From the NCBI GenBank assembly GCA_964016885.1, contig OZ024741.1, positions 355,756,001-355,820,000 on the forward strand: a stretch of DNA of 64,000 nucleotides. The letters run 5' to 3'. Position numbers and translations under genes: made by a program. This document shows, piece by piece, positions 13,906 to 30,821 of this stretch (the stretch's first letter is position 1; each line of letters starts with the position of its first letter). Under the pieces are notes generated by a model. It had not been told where the DNA came from and did no database searches. It saw only the letters and a program-made list of their open reading frames with translations. Source of the stretch: Eledone cirrhosa (Eukaryota).

Positions 13906-14030
13906 ACAGATTAAACAGATTAAAATAACAGATTAAAATTTAAACAAAGAATCGCTGCTTTCACCCTTAACGGTATCTTCTGAAACTAACTGTGAACGCA
14001 GAAGTAAATATTTCGAAAATCGTTACACAC
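13674..14030 (-). mobile_element. Non-autonomous Helitron-like fragment, same family as 51692-53166
   Basis: Minus-strand end cccgaacaacgccgggccattctgCTAGT (hairpin + CTAG); 13920-14022 is the reverse complement of 52050-52165. Confidence 0.75.
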
Positions 14031-14039
14031 TATATATAT

Positions 14040-15050
14040 ATCTTGGTTGTCCATCGTAAACGATGACATCTTCTTTATTTTAGTTCCCGTCTGCGGTGGG
14101 CACGAAGGTGGCTGTGGAGGCCGATCCTTGATTTGCAGGTCCGGGGACAGTGGGGGCAGGGGAAGATACTGGAGTCGCTTGGGGCAGCTGTTGATGCCTT
14201 TCTCCTTCTTTCACTGCCCTCAGTGTCCTCTGCTCTATTACGTTGGTTTCGACCGCTTGGAAGGGTAAAACCACCAGCCGCAGTAGACTGGCCGGCTTTG
14301 TGTGGGACGAGCATTTGGTTAGGGCTCCTTTTATCGCCCCTCCCCTCGTGCGAGGGTGAGCAGTGCTCACCTGAAAAGGGCTGCTCAGTCGCCCGGTGGA
14401 ACGCCTGATCCAGGTTCAGGAGCAGAACGACTTGCGCATACAGGCAGTCCACGTGTGGGTTTGAGACTGGTAACTCCCAGAGGTTTCCTCCACCTGTTAC
14501 GCCCGCCTCTCGCCGCAGGGCTTTGGGAGTGCACGCTAAAGAAGAAACCTGTGCGGGAAAGGTTTATAGTGGGAGGGCCAGTGCACAGTGACGGTCCCAC
14601 TCATTCGGCCGCAGAAGCCAGGATCCGGTGGTACGGAGGACCGTCATGACCAGGGACTTCCTTGGCTGCAGTGGATAGCCACGACGTCTGTAGTGCCTTG
14701 CCGTGCTCTAGTGCTCCACACCGCTTGCTGTCGCCGCCTTCGTGACCGTTGGGACGATGTTGCCCTCCTCCACTCACTCTGCCGAGTCCAGTCTTCGCAT
14801 TCAGGGGCAGGCATCCCCTATCTAACTCACCAGGGGGTTTCAGACCCGTCCGGCTACCCTCAACCTGGTTCGACCCGCCAGCCAAGGCGGTTTACTGGGG
14901 TGTGGCCGCTGTCACATGCTACAGATCTTGGGGCCACAGGTGAGAGCTGAGTGTCAAGTGGGACCCAATGCAGGACAAGCTGTCCTGAAAAGGGCATGGA
15001 TAGCTCCCCCCCCCCCCTACAGCGATACATGCCTCTCCATGACATCCCAG
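14040..15050 (-). mobile_element. Internally deleted (non-autonomous) RTE-clade element: GC-rich 5' UTR fused to the ORF C-terminus and 3' UTR
   Basis: Minus-strand peptide ...RRRKAS...FPCPHCPRTCKSRIGLHSHLRAH*, typical of RTE C2H2 C-termini; the upstream ~750 nt is GC-rich with no RT or APE motifs. Confidence 0.75.
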
Positions 15051-15111
15051 GCATATACACACGCATATACATACACATACATATGTACATGTGTATATAC
15101 ATATTTACACA

Positions 15112-15420
<309 letters not shown>

Positions 15421-15727
15421 TATATATATATATATATATACATACACATATAGCGTCATAATGTCGTAATGCAGACATACAGAGAGATATTATAAGGGTG
15501 CAACGTTATATCTATGTATCTATCTAAAGAGAAAGACTAAGAATTATAGAGAGAGATTGGTAAATTGCCTAATGCGGACCCTAGGGCATTGAAAATATGA
15601 AATATTCTTTGCTCAAAAAACACTCACAGGACCATAAGTACTACATGTGTAAAGTTTGAAAACAATCGGTTGGGTGGTTCTCGAGTTTTAGGGAGTCAGA
15701 CAGACAGACAGACAGACAGACATTCTC

Positions 15728-16965
<1,238 letters not shown>

Positions 16966-17806
16966 ATATATATATACTGATTTTTCGTTTTCCATTCTAT
17001 AATACTCTGCTCCGTAGGAGCATAGAGTGCTCAACCGGCATACCGCCTATGGAAGCATCTTAGCTACCATTCGACATATATATATATGTGTGCTTAGCTG
17101 CACACCCCGACTGCATTCGTTAGCTTGGCTGCAACCAGAACTTCGATGATGCTGTACTAAATTTTGTATTATTATCTCCTAGAATTAACGATTAATTGAT
17201 TAATTTAATTAGACAATTCTATTGATTGATTAATTGTTTATGTTTGTTTAATAACTTCTAGTTGAGTGCTTTATTCGGTTTGTGTAAGGGAATTTTATTC
17301 CTTTGTTACAAATTTGAATTTGACCGCCAAAGCCGGGGAGTTACCTCCCTTCGGGAAAACCATGTGCCTACTACCAGTGTTTACTGCTATTATTCACAAC
17401 CGGGCGGATTAGAAGGAAAACTTGTTGACGAAGTAAATTCCACTGTTCTATCTTCCAAAAACCAATAACTTGCAGGCCCCTGCAAGTGGATTTTGTCGAT
17501 TTCAGATTTACAGAAACCTAGTGGAGATATTATATATTATATGTGATATATATTATATATTATATATTATGTGTTATGTATGGTATCGACGCGATGGTCC
17601 AGATTTGTCATATTTTATCCTTAGTCCAGTTTTTTTCGTCGCTTTCGTCACTGCGGCCCGTCTATCGGTCGCTGTCTTCAATTTGCAAAGCTGTCTAAAC
17701 GTAATGTTATAACTCTAAGGTAATATACCTTATTGAGTGCTTAGCTGCACACCCCGACTGCATTCGTTAGCTTGGCTGCAACCAGAGCTTCGATGATGCT
17801 GTACTA

Positions 17807-17898
<92 letters not shown>

Positions 17899-17906
17899 AT
17901 ATATAT

Positions 17907-18076
17907 ACTGTCGATCAACTCGAGGAACGATCTATTAATGATCGAACCTGACTCTGGAATCTGAAGTTCCTCAGATATGTTTTAACATGTACACTCGTGT
18001 CTACAAATCTGAGGAGCATCCGATTTCAGAGACAGGTTCGATCATTAATAGATCGTTCCTCGAGCTGATCGAGAGT
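17907..18076. repeat. ~170-nt near-perfect hairpin directly followed by GAAA-catat
   Basis: actgtcgatcaactcgaggaacgatctattaatgatcgaacctg...ctcagat / atctgag...caggttcgatcattaatagatcgttcctcgagctgatcgagagt; partial copy at 42460-42545. Confidence 0.9.
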
Positions 18077-18148
18077 GAAACATATAACTGCCAAAACTGG
18101 AATTGAGCCATCAGCACAGTTGAGGTATGTCATACATCAATTTATGTA

Positions 18149-18210
18149 TTTTATCTGATGAGGACGTACTGAAAAAACAGCACAGTACCTCCGAAATATA
18201 TATAATAAAA
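18149..18210 (+). ncRNA. Intact minimal type I hammerhead ribozyme
   Basis: ttttat-CTGATGA-ggacgtactg-(11 nt)-cagtacctcc-GAAA-tatata-TA-ataaaa: 6-bp stem I, 9 of 10 pairs in stem II, palindromic loop III, full core. Confidence 0.85.
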
Positions 18211-18243
18211 CATATATTTTGATTATGTGAATGTATCCATTTA

Positions 18244-18309
<66 letters not shown>

Positions 18310-18365
18310 GAATGGTAGCTAAGATGCTTCCATAGGTGGTATGCCGGTTGAGGGACTCAATTTAT

Positions 18366-18455
18366 TGCGTTACAATTGTTTCCCCGGAGAGCAGCTCGAG
18401 GTGCAATCCGTGTGTGGATCTACCTGACTCTAGACTCGCAGGTTCCTCGGACACA
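18366..18455 (-). ncRNA. Hammerhead-like motif, core U4 changed to C
   Basis: Minus strand: tgtgt-CCGAGGA-acc...ggg-GAAA-caattg-TA-acgca, then aataaa. Confidence 0.6.
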
Positions 18456-18640
18456 TCTATTGATTTCGGATCATATCCTCTTTCTGGGGTTTTCTGGCCC
18501 TACTAGCCTATATCGTCCACCTTCATCCGCTTTGCGCGTCCTTGGGTTGGTCACTGGTTAGTGACGTCATCATTATTCTGACCACTTGTAGCAGCCCGAG
18601 GTAAGTCCTACGCAATCTGTGTTTGCATGCGGCTACCAGT

Positions 18641-21600
18641 TCGTGTAACTTATGCTCGGAGGAAACATTACAAATGCTGTTTTCGAAGGACCAACTCCTA
18701 AACAAGAGAGACGAATTGGTAACCGCATGCAAACACAGATTTCGTAGGACTTACCTCGCCCTCAAACCCCATAAAGACCCGGGTGGGTAGACAGTGGCTG
18801 ATACCCCCCTCCCCCACTTGCCGAATAAGTTAGGGGAAACCCCAGCTTACATAGGTAGATGTATCTCTTTTCTTTTCCTCTTTGTCTTCTTCTTCCCCCT
18901 GTCTCATCCTATCCCTTCCTTCCACCCCCTATTTTCTTCCTCGTCTGCTTTTCCCCTTTCGCCTACCCCGATGCAGCCCATCGGGTCTCTGTAGCATCAG
19001 TTCCACCACCCCTGTAATTTTAAGATAGATTTAGCCGAATACGTTTTACTAACTACTTATACCAGATGTGTTAAACCCCTTTAATTTTGTATCAGTTTTG
19101 TTATTACTCAATTTCTACAAGTTTTCTCTATTCTCAACTTATTAACCTGTATTTGTAAGATAGCATTGTGATATTTTATTCATTTCTCACTATCTAATTT
19201 TATATATTTTTTATTTCTTTCTATTATTTTTTATTGTCTCCTACTCTCATTCGATTTAGCTATTCTATTACCTCCCTCCTCCACTTCATACACTATCCTT
19301 AGAATCTGCTGTATAAATATCACTTTCAACTCGTGACCGCTCCACTAACTACCCTATTGTTCTACAGACAAGTTCAGCCACCCCTACCTCCCACCAAATG
19401 CCATGATAGACTTATTTCTGTTTACAACACATTTTAACCAATCCCCTTAACAACTACAATCTTCCCATATAAGGAAGTATCCCCTTGACAAGTTCGGCTA
19501 TTTATTCACCAGGCTAAAAATTCTAATTTAGTCCAGAAATAGCCGTCGAAACGGCTTGAGCTCTGGCGCCGGGGCCATACTTTTTCCTATTTCCCACTCT
19601 ACTACCCTAAGTATTGAGTACTCTGATGCGTTATGGTCCATCTGGTTCCTTACCACAATTCCTTTGTTATTTAGCTCCTATCTCTGTAGTAGAGCACTTT
19701 CCGACTCTACCATACCATATCCCGACTTTTCCACCAAGCTCAAGTTCCTTCACCCGCACGATGCGAAAACACAACATCGACTTCTCCACCACGAACATCC
19801 CAGTTCCACCGAGAAAACTTTACCTTTGGATGCTCACGCAAAAAATCGACCTTTTTGCGAAAAGACTAAGATGGAGAACTTTTTTCTACGATAGATACCG
19901 CGACAATCAGGACTTCGACACCAAGGAGAGTTCGGATTCAATACCTACAAATCTCCCCCTCCGAACCCTATGCTCTCACCCTTCGAGAAAGACCTTTTCC
20001 ACCTGGTCAAGAGCATTAAATTCAAACCCAGGCACAACAGATTCCTTCAACAACTCCGTAGCAAAATAACAGAGTATGAAAACACCAACGATATCATGGT
20101 GCACTCGGACAAAACTGGAAACCTCTACTTCGTCAACCCTGACAGATACCACACACTGATCAGGAGCAGCCTAAACTCCACCTATAAAAAGGCTAACCAT
20201 TCAATTATCGAGGACATAAATCGAGATGGACAACAAATTACCTTCAGCCTCGGGGTCGCCGACCGCACTGAACCCCTAGACCCACGGACTGCATACTTCA
20301 CACTGAAGGACCACAAATCCGACTTCGACCGCAAACCATCCATTAGGCTTATAAACCCAATGAAGTCGGACATAGGGAGAATCAGTAAAAAGATCCTAGA
20401 TCGAGTTATACCAAAAGTTAAGCAAAACGTGAGACTTAGCCTATGGGTCAGCACCCAGGAAGTAATCTCATGGTTCAGGAATATGGAGGACAAACGAGAC
20501 ACAAAATTCATCCAGTCTGACATAGAGAGTTACTATGCATTTATTACCTTACCGCTCCTTACGGCCGCCTTGGACTTTGCCGAAACACTCACACCCATCA
20601 CTGAACAGGAAAGAAATATCATTCTCCACGCCAGGAAGACAGTCCTACTTTTCGACAACTCCAAGTGGATAAAGAGAGCTCCCGACTCTCCCTTCGACGT
20701 TAGTATGGGCGCGACGGATTCGGCCGAGGTCACAGATCTTATAGGATTATTCCTACTATGTTTCCTGCAATCGAAATATTTCCTGCATTCGGCGGTGGAT
20801 TGTACTGGGATGATGGGCTCCTCACCCTCAAAGGGTACAACCCCAGTAGTACAGACCGGGTCCGTAAACAACTAATCAACTTCTTCCGGGACTGGGGATT
20901 TAAAATCACCCTACAAACGTCCCTAACCCGAGTCAATTTCCTGGACATTACCCTCAACCTCGAAAATTATCTGTACTACCCATACAAGAAACCAAACGAC
21001 AACCTGCACTACATCCACCACCGCTCTAACCATCCTAGAAACATCACAAATAACCTGGTTAAAAACATCCCCCCCCCCGTATATCTCGTTTGTCCGTTAA
21101 TGAGCAGATATTCGACGAACACGCGCCTCATTACAACCAGGCCCTCAAGCGGAGTGACTTCCGGGAGGAAATATCCTTTTACCCAGCTTCCCTTAGCGGA
21201 ACCAGCAGGCGACACCGCCGCTCACGCAACGTAACGTGGTTCAATCGTCCCCATAATGCCGAGGTGGAAACACCTATCGGGAAAATCTTCTTTAGACTCC
21301 TCGAAAAACACTTCCCACTACAACACCGCTACCACGACATAATCAACAAAAACACCACCAAACTCTCCTGCAGCACCACACCTAACTTCGCACAAAACAT
21401 CGTCTCCTCAAACAACAAAAAACTCAACCCCTATGGAAGAAATAACCTAGACATCAGTGGAGAGCCGACCAGGCGGTGTAACTGCCCTGATAGATCTACG
21501 TGCCCCCTCAACAACAAATTCCGAGAAATTAACGTGATCTACCAGTACAACGTGAGGACGGACACCTCCAACAAAGCTTATATAGGATTAACCGCATGTG

Positions 21601-22797
21601 ACTTCAAGACCCGGCTCTACCAACACCGATATACTTTCCGAAACTCGGTCCGGCGACATGCCAATACACTCTCGGGCCACATCTGGGACCTCCAAGATAA
21701 TAATATAACCTACAATCTCACTTGGAGCTTACTGTTCAGAGCTAACTCTTACACGGGAGGACGCCGTCCGTGTAACTTATGCTCGGAGGAAACATTACAA
21801 ATGCTGTTTTCGAAGGACCAACTCCTAAACAAGAGAGACGAACTGGTAACCGCATGCAAACACAGATTGCGTAGGACTTACCTCGCCCTCAAACCCCATA
21901 ACGAGCCGGGTGGGTAGACAAGGGCTGATACGCCCCCCCACTTGTCGAATAAGTTAGGGGAAACCCCAGCTTACATAGGTAGATGTATCTCTTTTCTTTT
22001 CCTCGTTGTCTTCTTCTTCCCTCTGTCTCATCCTATCACTTCCTTCCACCCCCTATTTTCTTCCTCGTCTGCTTTTCTCCTTTCGCCTACCCCGATACAG
22101 CCCATCGGGCCTCTGTTGCATCAGTTCCCCCACCCCTGTAATTTTAAGATAGATTTGGCCGAATACGTTTTACTAACTACTTATAGTAGTTAGGTGTTAA
22201 ACCCCTTTAATTTTGTATCAGTTTTGTTATTACTCAATTTCTACAAGTTTTCTCTATTCTCAACTTATTAACCTGTATTTGTAAGATAGCATTGTGATAT
22301 TTTATTCATTTCTCACTATCTAATTTTATATATTTTTTATTTCTTTCTATTATTTTTTATTGTCTCCTACTCTCATTCGATTTAGCTATTCTATTACCTC
22401 CCTCCTCCACTTCATACACTATCCTTAGAATCTGCTGTATACATATCACTTTCAACGCGTGACCGCTCCACTCAATTCCCTATTGTTCTACAGGCAAGTT
22501 CAGCCACCCCTACCTTCCACCAAATGCCATGATAGACTTATTTCTGTTTACAACACATTTTAACCAATCCTCTTGACATCTACAATCTTCCCATATAAGG
22601 AAGTATCCCCTTGACAAGTTCGGCTATTTATTCACCAGGCTAAAAATTCTAATTTAGTCCAGAAATAGCCGTCGAAACGGATTGAGCTCTGCCGTCGGGG
22701 TCATACTTTTTCCTATTTCCCACACTCTACTACCCTAAGTATTGAGTACTCTGGTGCGTTATGGTCCATCAGGTTCCTTACCACAATTCCTTTGTTA
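18641..22797 (+). mobile_element. Penelope-like retroelement (RT + GIY-YIG) with ~1.03-kb direct pseudo-LTRs; possibly Hydra-group
   Basis: ORF ~19760-21917 with about 3 frameshifts: SDKTGN, TLKDHK, RLINP, DIESYY, SMGA, GLYWDDGL, FLDITL, TWFN, CNC..CPL, VIY..YIG..FKTR; 18641-19670 repeated at 21769-22797; inverted ORF-end piece at 18597-18641; ends in (TA)n. Confidence 0.93.
22603..22706 (+). ncRNA. Variant-core hammerhead motif in the 3' pseudo-LTR (mutated copy at ~19477-19580)
   Basis: gtatccc-CTTGACAAG-tt-cggctattt...aaatagccg-tc-GAAA-cgg-(11 nt)-ccg-TC-gggg-tc-atac. Confidence 0.6.
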
Positions 22798-22987
22798 TAT
22801 ATATATGTATATATATATATATAAAGAATTAGTATATCTACTAACATATATATACAGATGCATACCTATGCTTGCAAATATATAGGTTTTGTCTTAGTAA
22901 CTTTGTGGTTCAATGCAAGGGGATGCAGAACAATAATATGAAATACGTAAAATAAGAAAATTATAAAAATTAACTTACTAAAATTTT

Positions 22988-23070
22988 ACTCCAACTAATT
23001 AGTTTCTGAAAAGGAATAAACATGGTTTCCGAAGAAACGCACGGAGAAATCCTTTCGTCATCAGGGAAGT
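22988..23070 (-). ncRNA. Hammerhead ribozyme motif, same family as 57108-57190
   Basis: Minus strand: acttcc-CTGATGA-cgaaagga...tccttttca-GAAA-ctaattag-TT-ggagt. Confidence 0.7.
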
Positions 23071-24128
23071 CTATTCTCTGCTAAGATGGGGCGTATGATC
23101 AGGGAGAGGAAGTAGGACAGTCTGTAGTTACTAGAAATGTTAGCTCCACAGACTGGCCGTGTTGGTGGTCCCGTGACAGGGTCACTGCCCGTTTTATGGA
23201 CTTTTCGAAGCCCATACAACGCCGGCACGTCATTGTTCCAGGCCTGGAAGTTGTTGGCAGTCCTTTTGTTGGGCTGCGTGATGGGCCCCATCATTGAAAT
23301 GTCCCCAGATGTATGTGACAGCACGGAGGACCTCCTCAGCAGAATCGGCGAGGGTAACCGATCTAGGACATAACAAACTGCATAATAGGTAGTATGGATG
23401 TTGTGTCCCTGTATCCATCTATTGACGTGGATTTTGCTGTGGAGAAATGCGTAGAAATGATCAGTGAGAGCAATGTCGAGTTCCGTGGGATTGATACCAG
23501 TGAGCTGGGACTCCTACTTAAACTTACCTATAGTAATAATTACCTAGACACATATGACCTTAGCAACCTGTGCCCTACAAGACCAGCAAGAGGCAGACCA
23601 CCTACCATTACCTCAATGGCCAAGAAAACCCACACAGATAGATGGAACGGGTGGACCAGAGCCATACGGACACCCGAAAACCACGATGAACAAAAGAAAA
23701 TGATTGCACATGCGGTGGGGGCCAGCATAAAATTAACCCTTAAGGAACATATGTTCAAATTTAATGGAAAAACTTATGCCCAAGAGGAAGGAGCAGCCAT
23801 TGGTGTTAGCATTGCAGGCGACATAGCTAACTTATTCATGGTATGGTGGGACAGTAGACTTAAACTTAAACTTAAAGAACAATTAGAAGACCCCTTAACC
23901 CTGATAATGTACTCCCGCTACGTCGATGATATAAACATCGTAGTTAAAACACCCCCACTAGAGAACAGTCAGGAATTAGAGAAAAACACAATGGAAAGCA
24001 TCCAGCAAATAGCTAACTCCATCCACCAGAGTATTAGAGTTACTATAGACTACCCAAGTAAACACCCCAACCATCGATTACCTGTACTAGACACAGAGCT
24101 CTGGTTAGATACCATTAATAACAAAAAA

Positions 24129-24313
24129 GGGCGGTGGATTGGCAGTATCGGTAGAGGGTCGGACGCCATGCTTTCCAGCATAGTTACGTCCCTTTACGAT
24201 CTGAGTTCAAATCCCGCCGAGGTTGACTTTGCCTTTCATCCTTACGGGGTCGATAAAATAAAGTACCAGTAATGCACTGGGTAATTGCTGGCCTTGTGCC
24301 TAAAGTAGAAACA
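24129..24313 (+). mobile_element. Full-length family A SINE with a 15-bp TSD, inserted in the Penelope-like ORF
   Basis: attaataacaaaaaa at 24114-24128 and 24314-24328; A and B boxes present; removing the SINE and one TSD restores the frame (WLDTINNKKQILHSHY). Confidence 0.95.
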
Positions 24314-25395
24314 ATTAATAACAAAAAACAAATCCTCCATTCCCATTATGCCAAACCCATGACTTCCAAATATCTGATCCACCGAAACTCAGCTGTTTCG
24401 GACCATACCAAAATCAACATACTGATTGCGGATTTGGTACGGGTGATGAGAAACGTGTCCCGCATGTGCAACCCCGAAGAACTAGAGAGACACATACAAC
24501 ACTTCATCCACCGTATGCAGTTCTCTGGTTACAATCAGAGAGATAAAATCAGAGTGTATAGAGGAGCCAGAACCAAATGGGAAAAATGGTAAATAATGAC
24601 ACAAATGGGACCTGCCCCTTGTATAGGAGCAAATTTTGGAATAGAATAGAAAGAACTAGGAATAAGGCTAATAGAGTAAACTCATGGTATGATAGCAATA
24701 AATACCAGAGTGTAATGTTCATCGATACAACCCCTAGAGGTGAATTAGCTTACAAATTTAGAAGGGCCCTTGATAAACATGAACTCAATATTAAGATAGT
24801 AGAAAGACCAGGTACCTCCGTAAAAACACTTATTAGCAAGACATACCCTTTTCAAAGACCCCCTGTATAGATAAGAAATGTATAACCTGTAAATTAAGCC
24901 CCCATATTAACTGTAAAACTAGAAATGTAGTGTATAGCATAAGATGTACCGAAGGACAATGTAGAGACAAAAATATAGTGTACATAGGTGAGACAGCTCG
25001 TAGTGTAGGGGAACGGATAAATGAACACTGGCGAGACCTTCAAGATAGTAAAGAATCATCTGTACTCTACCAACATGCTAAAATAGAACACAAGGGTAAA
25101 TTAGAGAACATAGAAATAAAAATAGAATCTACACACAGAAAAGATGCAATGTTTAGACAAATTACAGAGGTAATAAACATAAAAGAATTACAACCAAAAT
25201 TAAATAGAAAATATGAGTGGAACAGCAACATCACAACTTACAATTAAGGACAAAATGAAAACACACACACACATAGAACAAACAACCAACCAGTAACATG
25301 TAAATAAACAAATAAATAAACGAATATAAACACACACAGACACCCGGACACGACAGAACAAAGGAGAGGCACAAAAACAAAGAAAAGAATCCCCA

Positions 25396-25438
25396 GTCAC
25401 TGAAGAGGTCACAGAATGTGTGACGAAAGAACTTTGAC
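25396..25438 (+). ncRNA. Minimal hammerhead ribozyme motif in the 3' repeat of the Naiad-like element
   Basis: gtca-CTGAAGA-g-gtcac-agaatgt-gtgac-GAAA-gaac-TT-tgac. Confidence 0.75.
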
Positions 25439-25669
25439 AATATATAAACAACCATCTGGTTGTGGAACCAACCAACCAACCGGAAATTTATAAATTCCTA
25501 AATTTATAAATTTATTATAATAAATTGAAGTGAAAGCAACTGGTGCGTGTGTTTCTTATTGGCAACATGACCCTCCCAAAGTATAACAATATCGTTTCAA
25601 CACACGTTTTCAGATAAAGAATCTTGCTAAACAAATTCAGAAACGCAATATATATATATATATATATGG

Positions 25670-26622
<953 letters not shown>

Positions 26623-26703
26623 GGTAAACAGAAATAACAACACAATCGGTACAGTATATGGAAGGGATATATTAGGTTAACGCTTGAAATAGCAGGAAGG
26701 GGG

Positions 26704-26738
26704 TCTTAACATTTCGGACGCTAGCCCTTCATCAAAGA
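26704..26738 (-). ncRNA. Minimal hammerhead motif, homolog of 1839-1874 (core C3 altered)
   Basis: Minus strand: tct-TTGATGA-a-gggc-tagc-gtcc-GAAA-tg-TT-aaga; upstream flank also matches 1805-1840. Confidence 0.6.
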
Positions 26739-26838
26739 AAGAATGAGAAATAAGATAGATTGAGGAGGATGGGCGGGTTGGAATTGGAAAAAAACGTCTT
26801 TAGATAAAAATAACAGGTCCAATATATAATTATATATA

Positions 26839-26916
<78 letters not shown>

Positions 26917-26930
26917 GTTACATGTATAGG

Positions 26931-29365
<2,435 letters not shown>

Positions 29366-30671
29366 AGTATAGGTACTTAAATTTCGTTGGGTTATTCACC
29401 TTAACTCATTCAGCGTGAGATACAATTAAAAATGGCTTCCCACAAACGCCTAATCAAGTACGGGTAGACGATTGTCTTGATACCAGTGACGAAAAGGACA
29501 GACGGGGACAAAAAAGACAAAGAAAATCAGGGAAAGAAGAGTGGATAGAAAAAAAGAGAGAGCAGGGACGTAAAGATAGGTAAGTAAATAAAGCTGACTG
29601 ACTGGTGCCCACATCTAGGTCAACTTTGCCAGTGCCTTTCTGGTGATGGTAAATATATATGTATATAATTATATAGGTATGTATATATGTATACGTACAT
29701 ACATATATGTATACAGACGTACAGTAGTATGTATATATATACCTACATGCACACATATATATATGCATGTATCGGTTTACCGAACATTTATTATAATGCT
29801 CGGTTTGTTTGTTTGTAAACAAACAAACAGCCCGAATTACGCCGTGCAGTGTTTAGGCAAACCAAGTCACCTTTTTGTTCAACACTGACACAGGAACGAT
29901 GTACTAGTTTCAAGCTTATTAGCTATCGGTCAACATCGTATACCTTCCTGCCAGATGGTTGAACGTCTGAAAGTATATACTTTCCTTATGCATATTAATG
30001 GCTGAGCAGCCTAATTTGCATATCGAGTGAGTTCAGTCGGCCGGGCACACCGAAAACGATAAATGGAATAGAATGAAACGAAATTTCATTTCTCACTCTT
30101 AATACGGCACTTACTTAAATGTAAGTATGTATGTATGTATACGTACATACATATATGTATATAGACGTACAGTAGTATGTATATATATGCACGTATCGGT
30201 TTACCGAACATTTATTATAATGTTCGGGCTGTTTGTTTGTAAACAAACAAACAGCCCGAATTACGCCATACAGTGTTTAGGCAAAGTAAGTGCCGTACTA
30301 AGAGTGAGAAACGAAATTTCGTTTCATTCTATTCCATTTATATATATATAAATAAACAACAAAAATCAGTAATATGGAATTACAATTCTGATAAATAAGA
30401 ATAAAAATATTTTGACAAGCTATCACCGAAAATATGCGTCATTTCAGCTGGTGCAATTGTAGCGTCATCTTTGAAAGCATATAGAGTGTGGAATATTGCC
30501 CGTGAATACAAAAGGTATATAATTGTTTCTACTTTTGGCACAGGACAACAATTATCTCAGTGTATTACTGGTACTTTATTTTATCGACCCCGTAATGATG
30601 AAAGGCAAAGTTAACCTCGGCGGAATTTGAACTAAGACCATAAAGGGCCTATAATATACAAACAATTGAAT

Positions 30672-30772
<101 letters not shown>

Positions 30773-30821
30773 GAGCGTGAAGACGGACTGACAGACACGG
30801 CTCTTATAATATAATATAGAT

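Larger units (their letters stand above)
23075..25645 (+). mobile_element. 5'-truncated Penelope-like element (Naiad-like RT + GIY-YIG) with an inverted 5' segment and a nested SINE
   Basis: MDVVSLYPSID, EGAAIG, YSRYVDD, LPVLD, HYAKPM, CITCK, VVYSIRC..C..YIGETARS..ER..EH; 23075-23270 encodes the upstream RT part (PALYGLRKVHK...RPVC) on the minus strand. Confidence 0.9.

Noticed and set aside
24129-24200. SINE heads as tRNA genes
   Set aside because: A/B boxes only, no cloverleaf; attached to SINE body, tail and TSD
23394-25247. Selenocysteine recoding as in some Naiad elements
   Set aside because: ORF breaks are TAA/TAG caused by the SINE and frameshifts; conserved Cys positions are TGT/TGC and I saw no in-frame TGA
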